A DNA stretch of 64,000 nucleotides from Clostridia bacterium (GCA_050951325.1 JBMNIW010000001.1:288001-352000); one strand, 5' to 3'. Counted from the first letter of the stretch, positions 29,921 through 40,032 are shown. Notes: generated by a model not told the origin, from the letters alone. Translations and numbers: made by a program.

Positions 29921-30898
29921 TTAAAACTTTTTAAACCTGTCGCCAGGAACTCCGCAAATTGCGCACTTTTCTGGAACGTATTTCTCAATATTGCCGCATA
30001 CAGGACAGAGATAATAGAAAACTTCTTCAGTCTGATCAATATTCTCAAGTGCTTCCTGATACAGTCTTGCATGCACTTCCTCAGCTCTCATTGCAAAATT
30101 GAAGATAGTTGCAGCTGCTTTGTTTCCAGCTTCCTGAGCTTCCTTCAAGAATGGAGGATACATCTCCTTGTACTCATATGTCTCTCCTGCTATTGCATCT
30201 TTCAAGTTATCTTCTGTTGAACGAAGCTTGCCAGCTATTTCAAACTGCTTTCTTGCATGGATTGCTTCTGCTTCAGCAGCTGCCCTGAATAGTTTTGCGG
30301 CATTAATTCTTCCTTCCTTTTCAGCCTGCTCTGCATATGCCAAGTACTTTCTGTTAGCTTGAGATTCTCCTGCAAATCCTTCCATTAGATTTTTAACTGT
30401 TCTGTTTTCTTCCATTTCTTCTTCCTCCTTCTTTTCATACAAAAGCTTTAACAATTTTTCCGCTGATTCTTTAGGGAATCCTTCCGGATTCTTTTCAATC
30501 AGCGACCCCAACAACTCTTTGGCATTATCACTTTGAGGAAGCATAAAGCCTGCCTCACGCACGATATCTTCTGCCATAATTCTGTTGGACTTCTCGATAG
30601 CTTTGGCAAGATTTCCAGGTAAACTGCTTGCCATGTTTTCCTGGGTTGCCTTGCTGCGCAAAAGTGCATTCATTGCACCAACAACGGTTTCTGTTTTTGG
30701 CTGCTGGGGCGGATATTCAAAAGGCACCATGGATATCGCACCTGATGGACAAGCATCTGCACAGTCGCCGCAGCCAATGCACTTTTCCACATCTATTATG
30801 CTATTTTCCGTATCCGTTGCACCAGTAGGACATACATACAAACACAAGCAATCTTTTGTGCACAAACGTATATTTCTTACTGCATATTTTTCTGACAT
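29921..30898 (-). CDS. 2x[4Fe-4S] ferredoxin domain fused to rubrerythrin
   Basis: CTKDCLCLYVCP and CIGCGDCADACP; AGESQANRKY, EAIHA, EEVH diiron motifs; CPVCG..CAICG rubredoxin tail. Confidence 0.88.
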   Translation of the reverse strand: MSEKYAVRNIRLCTKDCLCLYVCPTGATDTENSIIDVEKCIGCGDCADACPSGAISMVPFEYPPQQPKTETVVGAMNALLRSKATQENMASSLPGNLAKAIEKSNRIMAEDIVREAGFMLPQSDNAKELLGSLIEKNPEGFPKESAEKLLKLLYEKKEEEEMEENRTVKNLMEGFAGESQANRKYLAYAEQAEKEGRINAAKLFRAAAEAEAIHARKQFEIAGKLRSTEDNLKDAIAGETYEYKEMYPPFLKEAQEAGNKAAATIFNFAMRAEEVHARLYQEALENIDQTEEVFYYLCPVCGNIEKYVPEKCAICGVPGDRFKKF

Positions 30899-30912
30899 AT
30901 TCATACCTCCCC

Positions 30913-31548
30913 TCAACCAACCTTTTCAAACTTCCAGTTAGGAACTTTACATACAGGACAAACATCCGGCAGCTTGTCTCCTATGTAGACAAATCCGCAA
31001 ATAGTACACACATGAACCTCAGCATTCTCAAGCATGGCATCTCCCTCTTTCATATATCGGGTGAGAATTGACTTGAGCATGCGGGTCACCTTTTCACTCC
31101 AGGTTAATGCACGCAAAGCACCCCTGTCTTTTTCTTCTGCAGCTACAGCATTTGCATTCGGCATACCCTCTGATAAATCCTTCTCCACCATTTCAAGCAG
31201 CTTGTCAAATCCTGGACTTTCATATGGAGCAGCAACCTTCTTGAAATATCCGGCCAGTTCCTTGAAAAGTTCCGATTCTTCCTGTTTGTACTGCTTTTCA
31301 CATCCTCTGGCAAGATTTGAAAACAGCGCACTGAGTTCCAATGGAGAAAGCTCGTCAACTTCAGTTGATACCTCAATTAAAGGTACTTCTTTCTCTTCCT
31401 GTACAGGTGCTGCTTCGCCCTTCTTTACAAACTCCGACTTGGATGCTCCACATAACGGGCACACCCAATCTTCCGGCAGCTCATTCCACGGTTTTTCATT
31501 GGATTCTTCATATTCGTAACCGCATACAGAACATACATATTTGACCAT
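30913..31548 (-). CDS. Double rubredoxin-domain protein
   Basis: N-terminal CSVCG..WVCPLCG and C-terminal CTICG..CPVC. Confidence 0.88.
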   Translation of the reverse strand: MVKYVCSVCGYEYEESNEKPWNELPEDWVCPLCGASKSEFVKKGEAAPVQEEKEVPLIEVSTEVDELSPLELSALFSNLARGCEKQYKQEESELFKELAGYFKKVAAPYESPGFDKLLEMVEKDLSEGMPNANAVAAEEKDRGALRALTWSEKVTRMLKSILTRYMKEGDAMLENAEVHVCTICGFVYIGDKLPDVCPVCKVPNWKFEKVG

Positions 31549-31600
31549 CGTACAACCTCCTCATTAATATTTATATTTAATCCTAACTAAATATACAAAA

Positions 31601-31635
31601 CAAAAATACCCATGAAGAAATATATCTTCATGGGT
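31601..31635 (-). terminator. Intrinsic terminator ~50 nt upstream of the rubredoxin gene
   Basis: ACCCATGAAGA-N6-TCTTCATGGGT followed by ATTTTTGTTTT on the minus strand. Confidence 0.7.
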
Positions 31636-31821
31636 TAACATAATCAAGGCAGGTTAAATCCTTCAGTCTCGGCAATGGCAGACCGATAATACTTCTATAC
31701 AATTTCTGCTTCAATTTCTCAAACGAATACTTCACAAATATTGCTCCGTCCATTACATTTTTTATATAACTACAATACGATTTTACCTCATTTTCCGACA
31801 AAAGTCAATAACTTAATATAG

Positions 31822-32160
31822 TTACAATTTCACAGCATCCGGGTCTTCAGACAAACATATTTCAAGCAAAAGCTCCAATTCCTCCGTATGGTCATCACCA
31901 GGTTCCTCGTATTCCAAAAACTTTACAACATTCATTTCAAAACTATCAGCGCCGTATTTGTTCCAAAGTTCCTGAAGATGCTTGTTTGGATGAAGTTTTG
32001 CATTAAGCTTGAAATTATTGCTGTTGAAATCAGCTCTCGTCTCCTTGGATATACCCAAAAACACATTTCCCGTTGCCTTGCACCTGTAAGATATTACACC
32101 CATCTCAGGTTTCCTGTTTTTATACATCTCAATCAATTCTTTTCTTCTTCCTTTATCCAT
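31822..32160 (-). CDS. Small GIY-YIG-like domain protein
   Basis: RKELIEMYK..MGVISYRC..GNVFLG..HPNKHLQELWNKYG pattern. Confidence 0.7.
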   Translation of the reverse strand: MDKGRRKELIEMYKNRKPEMGVISYRCKATGNVFLGISKETRADFNSNNFKLNAKLHPNKHLQELWNKYGADSFEMNVVKFLEYEEPGDDHTEELELLLEICLSEDPDAVKL

Positions 32161-32176
32161 ATCATCACCTCATAGT

Positions 32177-33097
32177 TTACTTAATCAATCTTCCCGTACT
32201 AATTCCCTCAAGCACATCAACATTTTTGTAATGGTCAACTATTCCTATCAAATTCTTCATTTCTTCAGTCATGACCTTGTTCTTATGATACACAACACTA
32301 AAGAACCTGTCCCAGCCTTTATCCTCGTTTGTTATAACATGTATTTGACCGTTCTTTACCTCCTCTTCCACAAGCCTTACAGAAATAACTGCAAGAAACC
32401 CATTTTCAATAACGGATTTCTTGATGGCATCGGAACTGTTTCCTTCCAGTGCAATTCTAATAGGCATTCCTTTTTCCTGCATGTATCTTTCAAACAATTC
32501 CCTGGTTCCGCTTCCCTCTTCCCTCATTGCAAAACTTTCGCTCTTCAGCTCTTCAAGCTTTACCATATTCCTCTTTGCAAAAGGATGCTTTGTACTGCAA
32601 ATGAGGACGAGAAAGTCATTTAGTTCAGGAATTGAAATCAAATCAGGACTTTTTACACTCCCCTCCACTATACCTATATCCAATTCAGACCTTAAAAGCT
32701 TTTCTTCTATATTCTTTGTATTGCTTACGTAAGAATATATCTCGGTATTGGGGTTGATTTCTCTTAAAGCATTTATGACATCCCCAAGGAGGCAGTCACC
32801 TACAGTGTGCGTTGCCCCAATCCTTATTCTTTTTAAATATGCATCCTGGAGCATGGCTTCTTCCATGTCGTCAAACATCTTTACCACATTCCTTGCATAA
32901 GAAAGAAGCTTTTCACCCATTTCGGTAATGTAAAGCTTTTTAGACAGCCTCTCAAACAATAGACCGCCATAATGTTCCTCCAGCTCTTTTATGGCCTGGC
33001 TTACTGTCGGCTGGGAGATATATAGATTTTCTGCAGCTGTACTCATTTTGCCGCTGTCCACAACCTCAATAAAAATCTTTAAATGCCTGATTGTCAT
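32177..33097 (-). CDS. LysR-family regulator (CysL/YeiE-like)
   Basis: MTIRHLKIF..AAENLYISQPTVSQAIKELE HTH; REEGSGTR motif of the sulfur-oxyanion-sensing subfamily. Confidence 0.92.
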   Translation of the reverse strand: MTIRHLKIFIEVVDSGKMSTAAENLYISQPTVSQAIKELEEHYGGLLFERLSKKLYITEMGEKLLSYARNVVKMFDDMEEAMLQDAYLKRIRIGATHTVGDCLLGDVINALREINPNTEIYSYVSNTKNIEEKLLRSELDIGIVEGSVKSPDLISIPELNDFLVLICSTKHPFAKRNMVKLEELKSESFAMREEGSGTRELFERYMQEKGMPIRIALEGNSSDAIKKSVIENGFLAVISVRLVEEEVKNGQIHVITNEDKGWDRFFSVVYHKNKVMTEEMKNLIGIVDHYKNVDVLEGISTGRLIK

Positions 33098-33120
33098 AAC
33101 ATCACCTTTTTTCAACATCT

Positions 33121-33135
33121 ATAGGTTTTACCTAT
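33121..33135. promoter_or_regulatory. LysR box 1 (T-N11-A)
   Basis: ATAGG-TTTTA-CCTAT in the divergent lysR/oxidoreductase intergenic region; exact copy at 38673-38687. Confidence 0.75.
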
Positions 33136-33228
33136 GACTTTAATCAGATAATATCATTTTATTATTAATCTCACAAGTGATATATTTAAATAGAAGATAA
33201 ATTCATTCTAAACAAAGAGGTGCATTTA

Positions 33229-34851
33229 ATGAAAGTGCTTATAATTGGAGGAGTTGCCGCAGGCACCAAGGTCGCTGCAAAACTGAAACGTGATAATTTC
33301 GAGCTCGACGTCACAATACTGACAAAAAGTAAAGATATATCCTACGCAGGATGTGGTCTTCCATACTACGTTGGAAACGTAATTCAGGAAGCAAACAAGC
33401 TAATCGTAAACACACCCGATAGTTTTCATAAACTTACAGGAGTTAATGTACTTGTCGAAACGGAAGTAACACAAGTAAATCCTGAAGAAAAATACGTGGA
33501 AGCCATTTGTTTGAAAACACAGGAAAAGATGCGCTGCGAGTACGACAAACTGGTAATAGCTTCGGGAGCTGAAGCTGTAAGACCAAACATCGAAGGAGCA
33601 GATCTTGATAACGTATTCTTTATGAGAACTCCCGAGGACGCATATGTGCTGAGAGATGCCATTGAAACAGGAAACATCAAAAGGGCGGTAATAGTCGGCG
33701 GAGGATATGTAGGCCTTGAGATTGCAGAAAACCTGAATTCACAAGGGGTTAGAGCTGTGGTTATTGACATGGCAAAACACATCCTGCCAGGCTTTGATGA
33801 TGAAATTTCAGAGTATGTAGAAAACCACCTTGCAGAACAAGGTATTCCAATCCTCACAGAAACAAGACTTGAAGCCATACTAGGTGATGGAAAAGTAGAA
33901 AAGATTAAAACGGACAGAAGAGCCATGAAGGCAGACGCTGTCATTCTCTGCGTTGGCATAAAAGCAAATACTGAGTATCTGAAAGATTCAGACATTGATT
34001 TAATGCCCAACAAGACAGTGAAAGTAAATGAGTATCTGGAAACAAACGTAAAAGATATTTATGCAGTAGGCGACTGCGCCACAGTAATAAACAGGGTAAC
34101 AAACAAACCTTATTGGTCGCCCATGGGTTCTACTGCAAACATTGCAGGCCGCATCGCTGCCAAAAACATTGCTGGAAAGAAAAAAGCATATCCAGGAGTA
34201 TTGGGTACTTCTGTTGTGAAGCTGCCAGAGCTTAATGCCGGAAGAACAGGACTGACAGAAAAAGAAGCAAATGAAAATGGATACAATGCAGAAAGTGTTG
34301 TAACTGTTGTGGATGACAAAGCCCACTACTATCCTGACGCTTCATCCTTTATTGTAAAGATGATAGCAGACAAGGATACGAAGAAATTATTGGGACTGCA
34401 GGTTTTGGGTAAAGGACAGGTTGACAAGATGGTTGATATTGCGGTAGCTGCAATAACCATGGGAGCAACCCTTGAGGATGTTGAGAACATGGATCTGGCA
34501 TATGCACCTCCTTTCTCAACAGCAATACATCCTTTCTCTCACACTGTAAACATACTTTTAAATAAATTGAATGGAGAATTTGAAACTGTCACACCTGCAG
34601 ATTTTTCTAAAGAAAAGGCGGAAGGATTTAAGTTAATCGACGCATCCTTAAGTCCAAGTATCGATGGCGCACAGTACTTGGATTTGGCAAAGATAAAAGG
34701 AGAAGTGGATGGTCTTGGACGAGATGAAAAACTTCTTCTGGTATGTGCAAAAGGGAAAAGAGCATACATGCTTCAAAAGAGACTCAAACATTTTGGATAT
34801 ACAAACACAAAAGTGCTTGAAGGCGGAACAACATTTAATGATTTGGAATAA
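33229..34851 (+). CDS. CoA-disulfide reductase/NADH oxidase family protein with C-terminal rhodanese-like domain
   Basis: GGVAAG FAD motif, SYAGCGLPY redox Cys, GGGYVG NADH motif, LAYAPPFS, C-terminal CAKGKRA..LEGG. Confidence 0.9.
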   Translation: MKVLIIGGVAAGTKVAAKLKRDNFELDVTILTKSKDISYAGCGLPYYVGNVIQEANKLIVNTPDSFHKLTGVNVLVETEVTQVNPEEKYVEAICLKTQEKMRCEYDKLVIASGAEAVRPNIEGADLDNVFFMRTPEDAYVLRDAIETGNIKRAVIVGGGYVGLEIAENLNSQGVRAVVIDMAKHILPGFDDEISEYVENHLAEQGIPILTETRLEAILGDGKVEKIKTDRRAMKADAVILCVGIKANTEYLKDSDIDLMPNKTVKVNEYLETNVKDIYAVGDCATVINRVTNKPYWSPMGSTANIAGRIAAKNIAGKKKAYPGVLGTSVVKLPELNAGRTGLTEKEANENGYNAESVVTVVDDKAHYYPDASSFIVKMIADKDTKKLLGLQVLGKGQVDKMVDIAVAAITMGATLEDVENMDLAYAPPFSTAIHPFSHTVNILLNKLNGEFETVTPADFSKEKAEGFKLIDASLSPSIDGAQYLDLAKIKGEVDGLGRDEKLLLVCAKGKRAYMLQKRLKHFGYTNTKVLEGGTTFNDLE

Positions 34852-34872
34852 AATTATGGAGGTTTTAAGATT

Positions 34873-35823
34873 ATGGGATTAACAATAACTGCGGAAGATG
34901 AAAAAAGAGTAAAAGCTTTGGGATTTTTACGCAACAAAGGAACAAACAACTTTTCAGGAAGAATTATAACTGTAAACGGAAAAATAACTGCAGCTCAAAA
35001 CAAATGCATAGCTGAAGCTGCCGAATTGTACGGCAATGGAATAGTTACCTTTACCACAAGACTTACAGTGGAAGTACAAGGTATTCCTTATGATAAAATC
35101 GAAGACTTCAGAACGTACATTGCAAAAGAAAGTCTTGTAACTGGTGGTACTGGTTCAAAGGTAAGACCCATAGTGTCCTGCAAAGGCACCACCTGCCAGT
35201 ACGGACTTATTGACACTTTTGGATTGTCTGAAGAAATACACGAAAAATTCTACAACGGATATTCCAATGTAAGGCTTCCTCACAAGTTCAAGATAGGTGT
35301 AGGCGGTTGTCCCAACAACTGCATAAAGCCTGAATTAAACGACTTGGGCATCGTAGGACAGCTCATTCCTAACTTTGATGAAGACTTCTGCAACGGATGC
35401 AAGAAGTGCCCTGTGGAAGACGTATGTCCAATCAATGCTGCAAAGGTATCGGAGGGTATTCTCCACATTGACGAGAACGAATGCAACAACTGTGGACGCT
35501 GCGTTGAAAAATGTCCCTTTGACACTATTGAAGACGGTACTGTCGGCTACAAGGTGTACATAGGCGGAAGATGGGGAAAACGTGTTGCTCACGGAATACC
35601 TCTTGGAAAGATCTTTACAGACAAAGAAGAGGTTATGAGTGTAATTGAAAAAACCATACTTATATATAGAGAACAAGGCAAGACAGGAGAACGTCTGTCA
35701 GAAACCATCGAAAGACTTGGTTTTGAAAATGTGGAAGCTCAAATACTCTCCAATGAAATACTTGACAGAAAGCAGGAAATACTTGAAGCAAATCTGCATT
35801 TGACAGGCGGCGCTACCTGCTAA
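34873..35823 (+). CDS. Nitrite/sulfite reductase-like protein (siroheme/[4Fe-4S] motif plus ferredoxin)
   Basis: FTTR, CKGTTC, PHKFKIGVGGCPNNC, two ferredoxin-type Cys clusters, GERL. Confidence 0.88.
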   Translation: MGLTITAEDEKRVKALGFLRNKGTNNFSGRIITVNGKITAAQNKCIAEAAELYGNGIVTFTTRLTVEVQGIPYDKIEDFRTYIAKESLVTGGTGSKVRPIVSCKGTTCQYGLIDTFGLSEEIHEKFYNGYSNVRLPHKFKIGVGGCPNNCIKPELNDLGIVGQLIPNFDEDFCNGCKKCPVEDVCPINAAKVSEGILHIDENECNNCGRCVEKCPFDTIEDGTVGYKVYIGGRWGKRVAHGIPLGKIFTDKEEVMSVIEKTILIYREQGKTGERLSETIERLGFENVEAQILSNEILDRKQEILEANLHLTGGATC

Positions 35824-35834
35824 TAACCCCCTAA

Positions 35835-35871
35835 AAGAAAAACTTTCATCGCATGATGAAAGTTTTTTCTT
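35835..35871. terminator. Bidirectional terminator
   Basis: AAAAACTTTCATC-gcat-GATGAAAGTTTTT between convergent genes. Confidence 0.8.
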
Positions 35872-36635
35872 TAGTTCAAACAGAAAACATACTGTATTTC
35901 ATTCTTTCCAACCATAACTTGAGAAGAAGTTATACCAAACACTTCGTCAATCAATTTGCTTTCAAAAACATTTTGAGGAGTGTCACAGCAAACTATCTTT
36001 CCTTCATGCATTAAACACACCTTGCCTGAATAAGTTAAAGCACTGTTAAGGTCATGCAAAACCATTACAACGGTTTTCCCCATATCCTTCAACTTCCTTA
36101 TCATTTCCAATATCTCCAGCTGGTGATTTATGTCCAAATACGTAGTCGGCTCATCCAAAAACACAATATCCGTATCCTGCGCAAGAACCATAGCCAGGTA
36201 CACCTTCTGCCTTTGGCCTCCTGAAAGTTCAAGCACATTCCTATCCGCTATATCGCAAAGACCCATTGTAAATATAGCTTCATTCACAATCTCTTTGTCC
36301 TTCTTCTGAGGCGTGCGTGAAAAACCAAGATAAGGGTATCTACCGTGCAGAACCAAATTGAACACAGTAATATTGGGAACTGTCCTAATCTGCGGGAGAA
36401 AGGACACTTTCTTTGCCAGTTCCTTTGGTGGTATTTCTGAAACATCCTCTCCATGAATACTTACCTTTCCGCTAAAAGGTTTTAGTACATTGGCAGCGGT
36501 TCTAAGCAAGGTAGTCTTTCCGCAGCCATTCTTCCCAATTATGCTGGTTATCGTTCCTTCTTCAAATTCAATATTAATATCCTTGACAACTGCTGTCTTT
36601 TCGTAGCCTGCAGTTACATTCTCAAGTCTAATCAT
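35871..36635 (-). CDS. Fe-siderophore/heme/B12 ABC ATPase
   Basis: GKNGCGKTT, LSGGQRQ, LDEPTTYLDINHQLE, VLHDLN. Confidence 0.92.
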   Translation of the reverse strand: MIRLENVTAGYEKTAVVKDINIEFEEGTITSIIGKNGCGKTTLLRTAANVLKPFSGKVSIHGEDVSEIPPKELAKKVSFLPQIRTVPNITVFNLVLHGRYPYLGFSRTPQKKDKEIVNEAIFTMGLCDIADRNVLELSGGQRQKVYLAMVLAQDTDIVFLDEPTTYLDINHQLEILEMIRKLKDMGKTVVMVLHDLNSALTYSGKVCLMHEGKIVCCDTPQNVFESKLIDEVFGITSSQVMVGKNEIQYVFCLN

Positions 36636-37671
36636 AAAGCTGTCCTCTCCTGCGACTTATTAATAGATAGATAAAGAATGGCCCTCCCAAAAACGACATG
36701 ATAATTCCCACAGGAATCTCAAAAGGAGCAAAAAGAACCCTTGCCAAAAGATCACACAGCAATGTGAACAAACCACCCAGCAAAGCAGACACAGGTATCA
36801 GTATTCTGTTGTCATATCCAACAATTATTCTTGATACGTGGGGAACAATAAGTCCGACGAATCCCAAAAGACCTGCAAAACTTATGGCGCTGCCGGAAAG
36901 AAGAGCTGCCAGGATTAAAAACAAAAATCTGATTCTTGAAACTTTCATACCTAGTGACTTTGCACTTTCATCTCCCAGCGCCAATACATTCATGTCGTAA
37001 CTAAGTATCAAAGAGAGTATTAATGCAATAGCTATAAAAATTCCTGCAAAACCCAGCTTCTCCATTGTCACTCCTGACAAACCTCCAATTAAAAAAGCCG
37101 TCCTTTCTATGGAAACATCGGGTTTCAAAGCAAGGACTGTATCCGTTATCGCCCCTATAAAGCTGGATACCGCAACTCCTGACAGAACTATCGCCATTCT
37201 GGATGCACCTGTTTTCCTGGCTATGAAATATACCATCAAAACCGCCAAGAGAGCACCCAAAAAAGCGGCAATGGTTGTGTAATATATGCTGGCAGGAAAG
37301 AAGGCAGCTATCAAAACAGTAAACAGACCTGCACCGGAATTTACACCAATTATGCTGGGACTTGCAAGGGAGTTGTTCAAAACAGACTGGAGAATAGTTC
37401 CTGAAACAGCCAAGGCACAGCCTGCAAGAACTGCAGCCAGAGTCCTTGGTATTCTTACAAAACTTACAATCCTGTAGGTTTTGGAAGTTACATCTCCTTT
37501 ACGTATGGCTTCAATTATCTCAGAAATGGGTATTCTTGTAGATCCAATGCTTATGCTAAGCAAAATACCAGCAATTAATAAAACAACAAGGAGAGCTACA
37601 ACCATCAAGTTATAGCTCCTCTTGTTTTTACTCAAACTTTTCAGGGTAGAGAATTTTCGCAACGTATTCAT
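36628..37671 (-). CDS. FecCD/BtuC-family ABC permease
   Basis: RIPR, N.LASP.IIGV, LGDESAKSLG, GFVGLIVPH, EIPVG. Confidence 0.92.
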   Translation of the reverse strand: MNTLRKFSTLKSLSKNKRSYNLMVVALLVVLLIAGILLSISIGSTRIPISEIIEAIRKGDVTSKTYRIVSFVRIPRTLAAVLAGCALAVSGTILQSVLNNSLASPSIIGVNSGAGLFTVLIAAFFPASIYYTTIAAFLGALLAVLMVYFIARKTGASRMAIVLSGVAVSSFIGAITDTVLALKPDVSIERTAFLIGGLSGVTMEKLGFAGIFIAIALILSLILSYDMNVLALGDESAKSLGMKVSRIRFLFLILAALLSGSAISFAGLLGFVGLIVPHVSRIIVGYDNRILIPVSALLGGLFTLLCDLLARVLFAPFEIPVGIIMSFLGGPFFIYLLISRRRGQLYD

Positions 37672-38587
37672 AGCTTTCACCCCATCTTGCATTTGGCTTG
37701 TAGTGGAACAAATCCTTTGGCAGCACAATGAATCTGTCATTCTTGACAGCTTGCAGCTCGCTCCAAGCAGGGTTCTTCTCCACCCTCTCCTTCAACGCCT
37801 TCAGCGCCTTTTCAGTATCACCCATGGTAACTACAAATATGTACTCAGGATCTTCCTGTATGATTACTTCCATACTTAAGTCTTCAAGGAGAGAATTGTG
37901 TTTCGAAGCAATGTTTACAGTACCAAGGTCGTTTAGAATTCTGCATGCGTTGTTGTCATCATTCTTTGCCTTTGCACCACTGGAGAACGCTCTGATAAAC
38001 AACATGTCAGGATTCTTTGTCTTGTCTATTTTGGCAAGTATGTCATCTATCTGTTTCTTTACATCAAGACCATTTTTCTTATACAACTCCTTGTCACCTG
38101 TTATGTCGGTGCATATGTCCAGCATGGAAAGATAGTCTTCAAAATGTTCCACTTTGAAGAATGCAAAAGGTATGTCTACCTTTTCAAGAATTACTGATAT
38201 ACTTACATGACTCTCTATATCCGGAGAAAGCAGTACAAAATCAGGAGAAACATCCAGTATTTCTTCCACATTGGGCTCTTTTATCGTGCCAACAATCCTG
38301 GTCCCCTCAGGCACATCCATACCCCTCTCGGTTATGACATCATTAGTTACACCAACAAGCTCGCCACCTGCAAGCATCCAGGTTTCAGCATAGGAACCAA
38401 CAAGAGAAACAACCCTTTGAGGCTTGTCTTTCAGATTGACAGTATTATCTAATGAGTCCGTGAAGGTATAGTAATATTCCACGTCTTCTTTTCCATTATT
38501 TGCCACGCACCCTGTAAGATATGCAATTGCCAGAAGTACAAAGAATAAAAGCCACACTGTTTTTACTTTTTTATTATCAACAACCAT
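37628..38587 (-). CDS. Fe/B12/heme-type substrate-binding lipoprotein
   Basis: Lipobox LTGC; FTDSL..KPQRVVSL; PNVEEIL..PD; W..L.AVKN. Confidence 0.9.
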   Translation of the reverse strand: MVVDNKKVKTVWLLFFVLLAIAYLTGCVANNGKEDVEYYYTFTDSLDNTVNLKDKPQRVVSLVGSYAETWMLAGGELVGVTNDVITERGMDVPEGTRIVGTIKEPNVEEILDVSPDFVLLSPDIESHVSISVILEKVDIPFAFFKVEHFEDYLSMLDICTDITGDKELYKKNGLDVKKQIDDILAKIDKTKNPDMLFIRAFSSGAKAKNDDNNACRILNDLGTVNIASKHNSLLEDLSMEVIIQEDPEYIFVVTMGDTEKALKALKERVEKNPAWSELQAVKNDRFIVLPKDLFHYKPNARWGESYEYVAKILYPEKFE

Positions 38588-38672
38588 CCTATCATCCTTA
38601 ATATATTTTTCCTCTACAATAATCATATAACTTAACAAATGTATTGTAAAATATGATTGTTTGATAGTTGTA

Positions 38673-38687
38673 ATAGGTTTTACCTAT
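38673..38687. promoter_or_regulatory. LysR box 2
   Basis: Exact copy of ATAGGTTTTACCTAT upstream of the ABC importer operon. Confidence 0.7.
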
Positions 38688-38922
38688 ATGTTTGTGATAG
38701 TATGGTTGTCTGTAAAGAAATATGCGAGGAGGTTTAAATGGAATTCTCATAACCATGATGCTGAAGAAAAGATCGATTGAGAAATAACGGTTTGGAGGAA
38801 ATGAGCACCGGAATTTGTCCCCGGTGCTATCAGAACTACAAACCTATTTTAAGACTTGTAGCAGACCTCGTTGTAGAGTCTGAAAAACTATGGCTGTCCA
38901 TATTGAATTAGAACAGCCATCC

Positions 38923-40032
38923 TCAATAACTTTTTGCCAGGAAATCAACAATATCCTTTGCTTTTGGAGGACATCCCTTTACACATTTGGCAAAACGCGA
39001 CGTGCATATACCTATACCTATTCCATCAAGCGTTTTGTCCTTAAACCCTTGTCCAATATATATTTTCTCCTCAAGTTTATTCAAAAGATTCTTGTCATCA
39101 AGCCTCTCCAGTGCATAAACAAGACTTCCGTAACACGCCGAGCAGGCACTGTCTTCAACAACATTTCGTACCAAATGCTGCACTCTTCTTGTTGGCCTAA
39201 ACTTTCTTTTGCCAGTATCCTTGTTCAGCTCAACAATATCCATATTTGCAAGATTTGTTGTACCTACACCAATATCCTCAGCCATACCAATATACGGAAT
39301 TTCACCAATATCAAAACCTAACAACTCAGCGGCATATGCATCAACAAGCACAGGGTCTTTTCCTGCAATGATTCTATTCATTTGAACAGGGTTTCCACCC
39401 TCTTCAAAGTTTAGATCTCCATTCATTCCGTCAACTATTACCAGGTTTTGCTTCAACATTTTGCTTAGATAAGCAATTGGCTTGTGCAAACCCATGGTAT
39501 GAAATCTTCTTTTCTCTGTGTTCGGTATGCACCCTTTCATATTCTTCAACGCACATGTAAGATTGGTTTGACAGTGTCCCTTAAGCACGGGAACATTTAT
39601 GAGATAATCAACATTTACGGCATAATTGCATATGTTAATCCTCACACCACCATACTCAAATTCCGAATAAGTATCCCTTTGCAGATCAATAAGCGGGACA
39701 TTATATTCCTTCGATATCTTTTCATATCCACAAACCTTGAACGCTTCACGGGTTCTGTCGCCTACCCAGGAACCTTCCATGATCACGATGTTCATATGTC
39801 CTTTTAATTGCAGGTATTCAATTAAGCCTTCCACTATTGCCGGTGTGGTTGTTGCGCCTGAACTTGACGGCTTTGCCAACACAAGATTCGGCTTGATTCC
39901 AACAAGAGCATCCCTTTCTATATCCTTTTCAGGCTGTACAACTTCAAGAAGTTCCATAATCATCCGCTTTGGATTATCGCCATAAATGATGCGCAGTGAA
40001 TTATTACCCATCATGCATATCATCCTCCCCAT
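38923..40032 (-). CDS. DUF362 Fe-S protein
   Basis: IKPNLV..GATT, NVPVLKGH..LTCALKNMKG, C-terminal ACSAC..GIC..GCPP. Confidence 0.85.
   Translation of the reverse strand: MGRMICMMGNNSLRIIYGDNPKRMIMELLEVVQPEKDIERDALVGIKPNLVLAKPSSSGATTTPAIVEGLIEYLQLKGHMNIVIMEGSWVGDRTREAFKVCGYEKISKEYNVPLIDLQRDTYSEFEYGGVRINICNYAVNVDYLINVPVLKGHCQTNLTCALKNMKGCIPNTEKRRFHTMGLHKPIAYLSKMLKQNLVIVDGMNGDLNFEEGGNPVQMNRIIAGKDPVLVDAYAAELLGFDIGEIPYIGMAEDIGVGTTNLANMDIVELNKDTGKRKFRPTRRVQHLVRNVVEDSACSACYGSLVYALERLDDKNLLNKLEEKIYIGQGFKDKTLDGIGIGICTSRFAKCVKGCPPKAKDIVDFLAKSY

Noticed and set aside
38590-38720. Cobalamin riboswitch upstream of the BtuCDF-like operon
   Set aside because: No B12-box (GGGAA..GCCACTG..GGGAAG) pattern; the region is short and AT-rich
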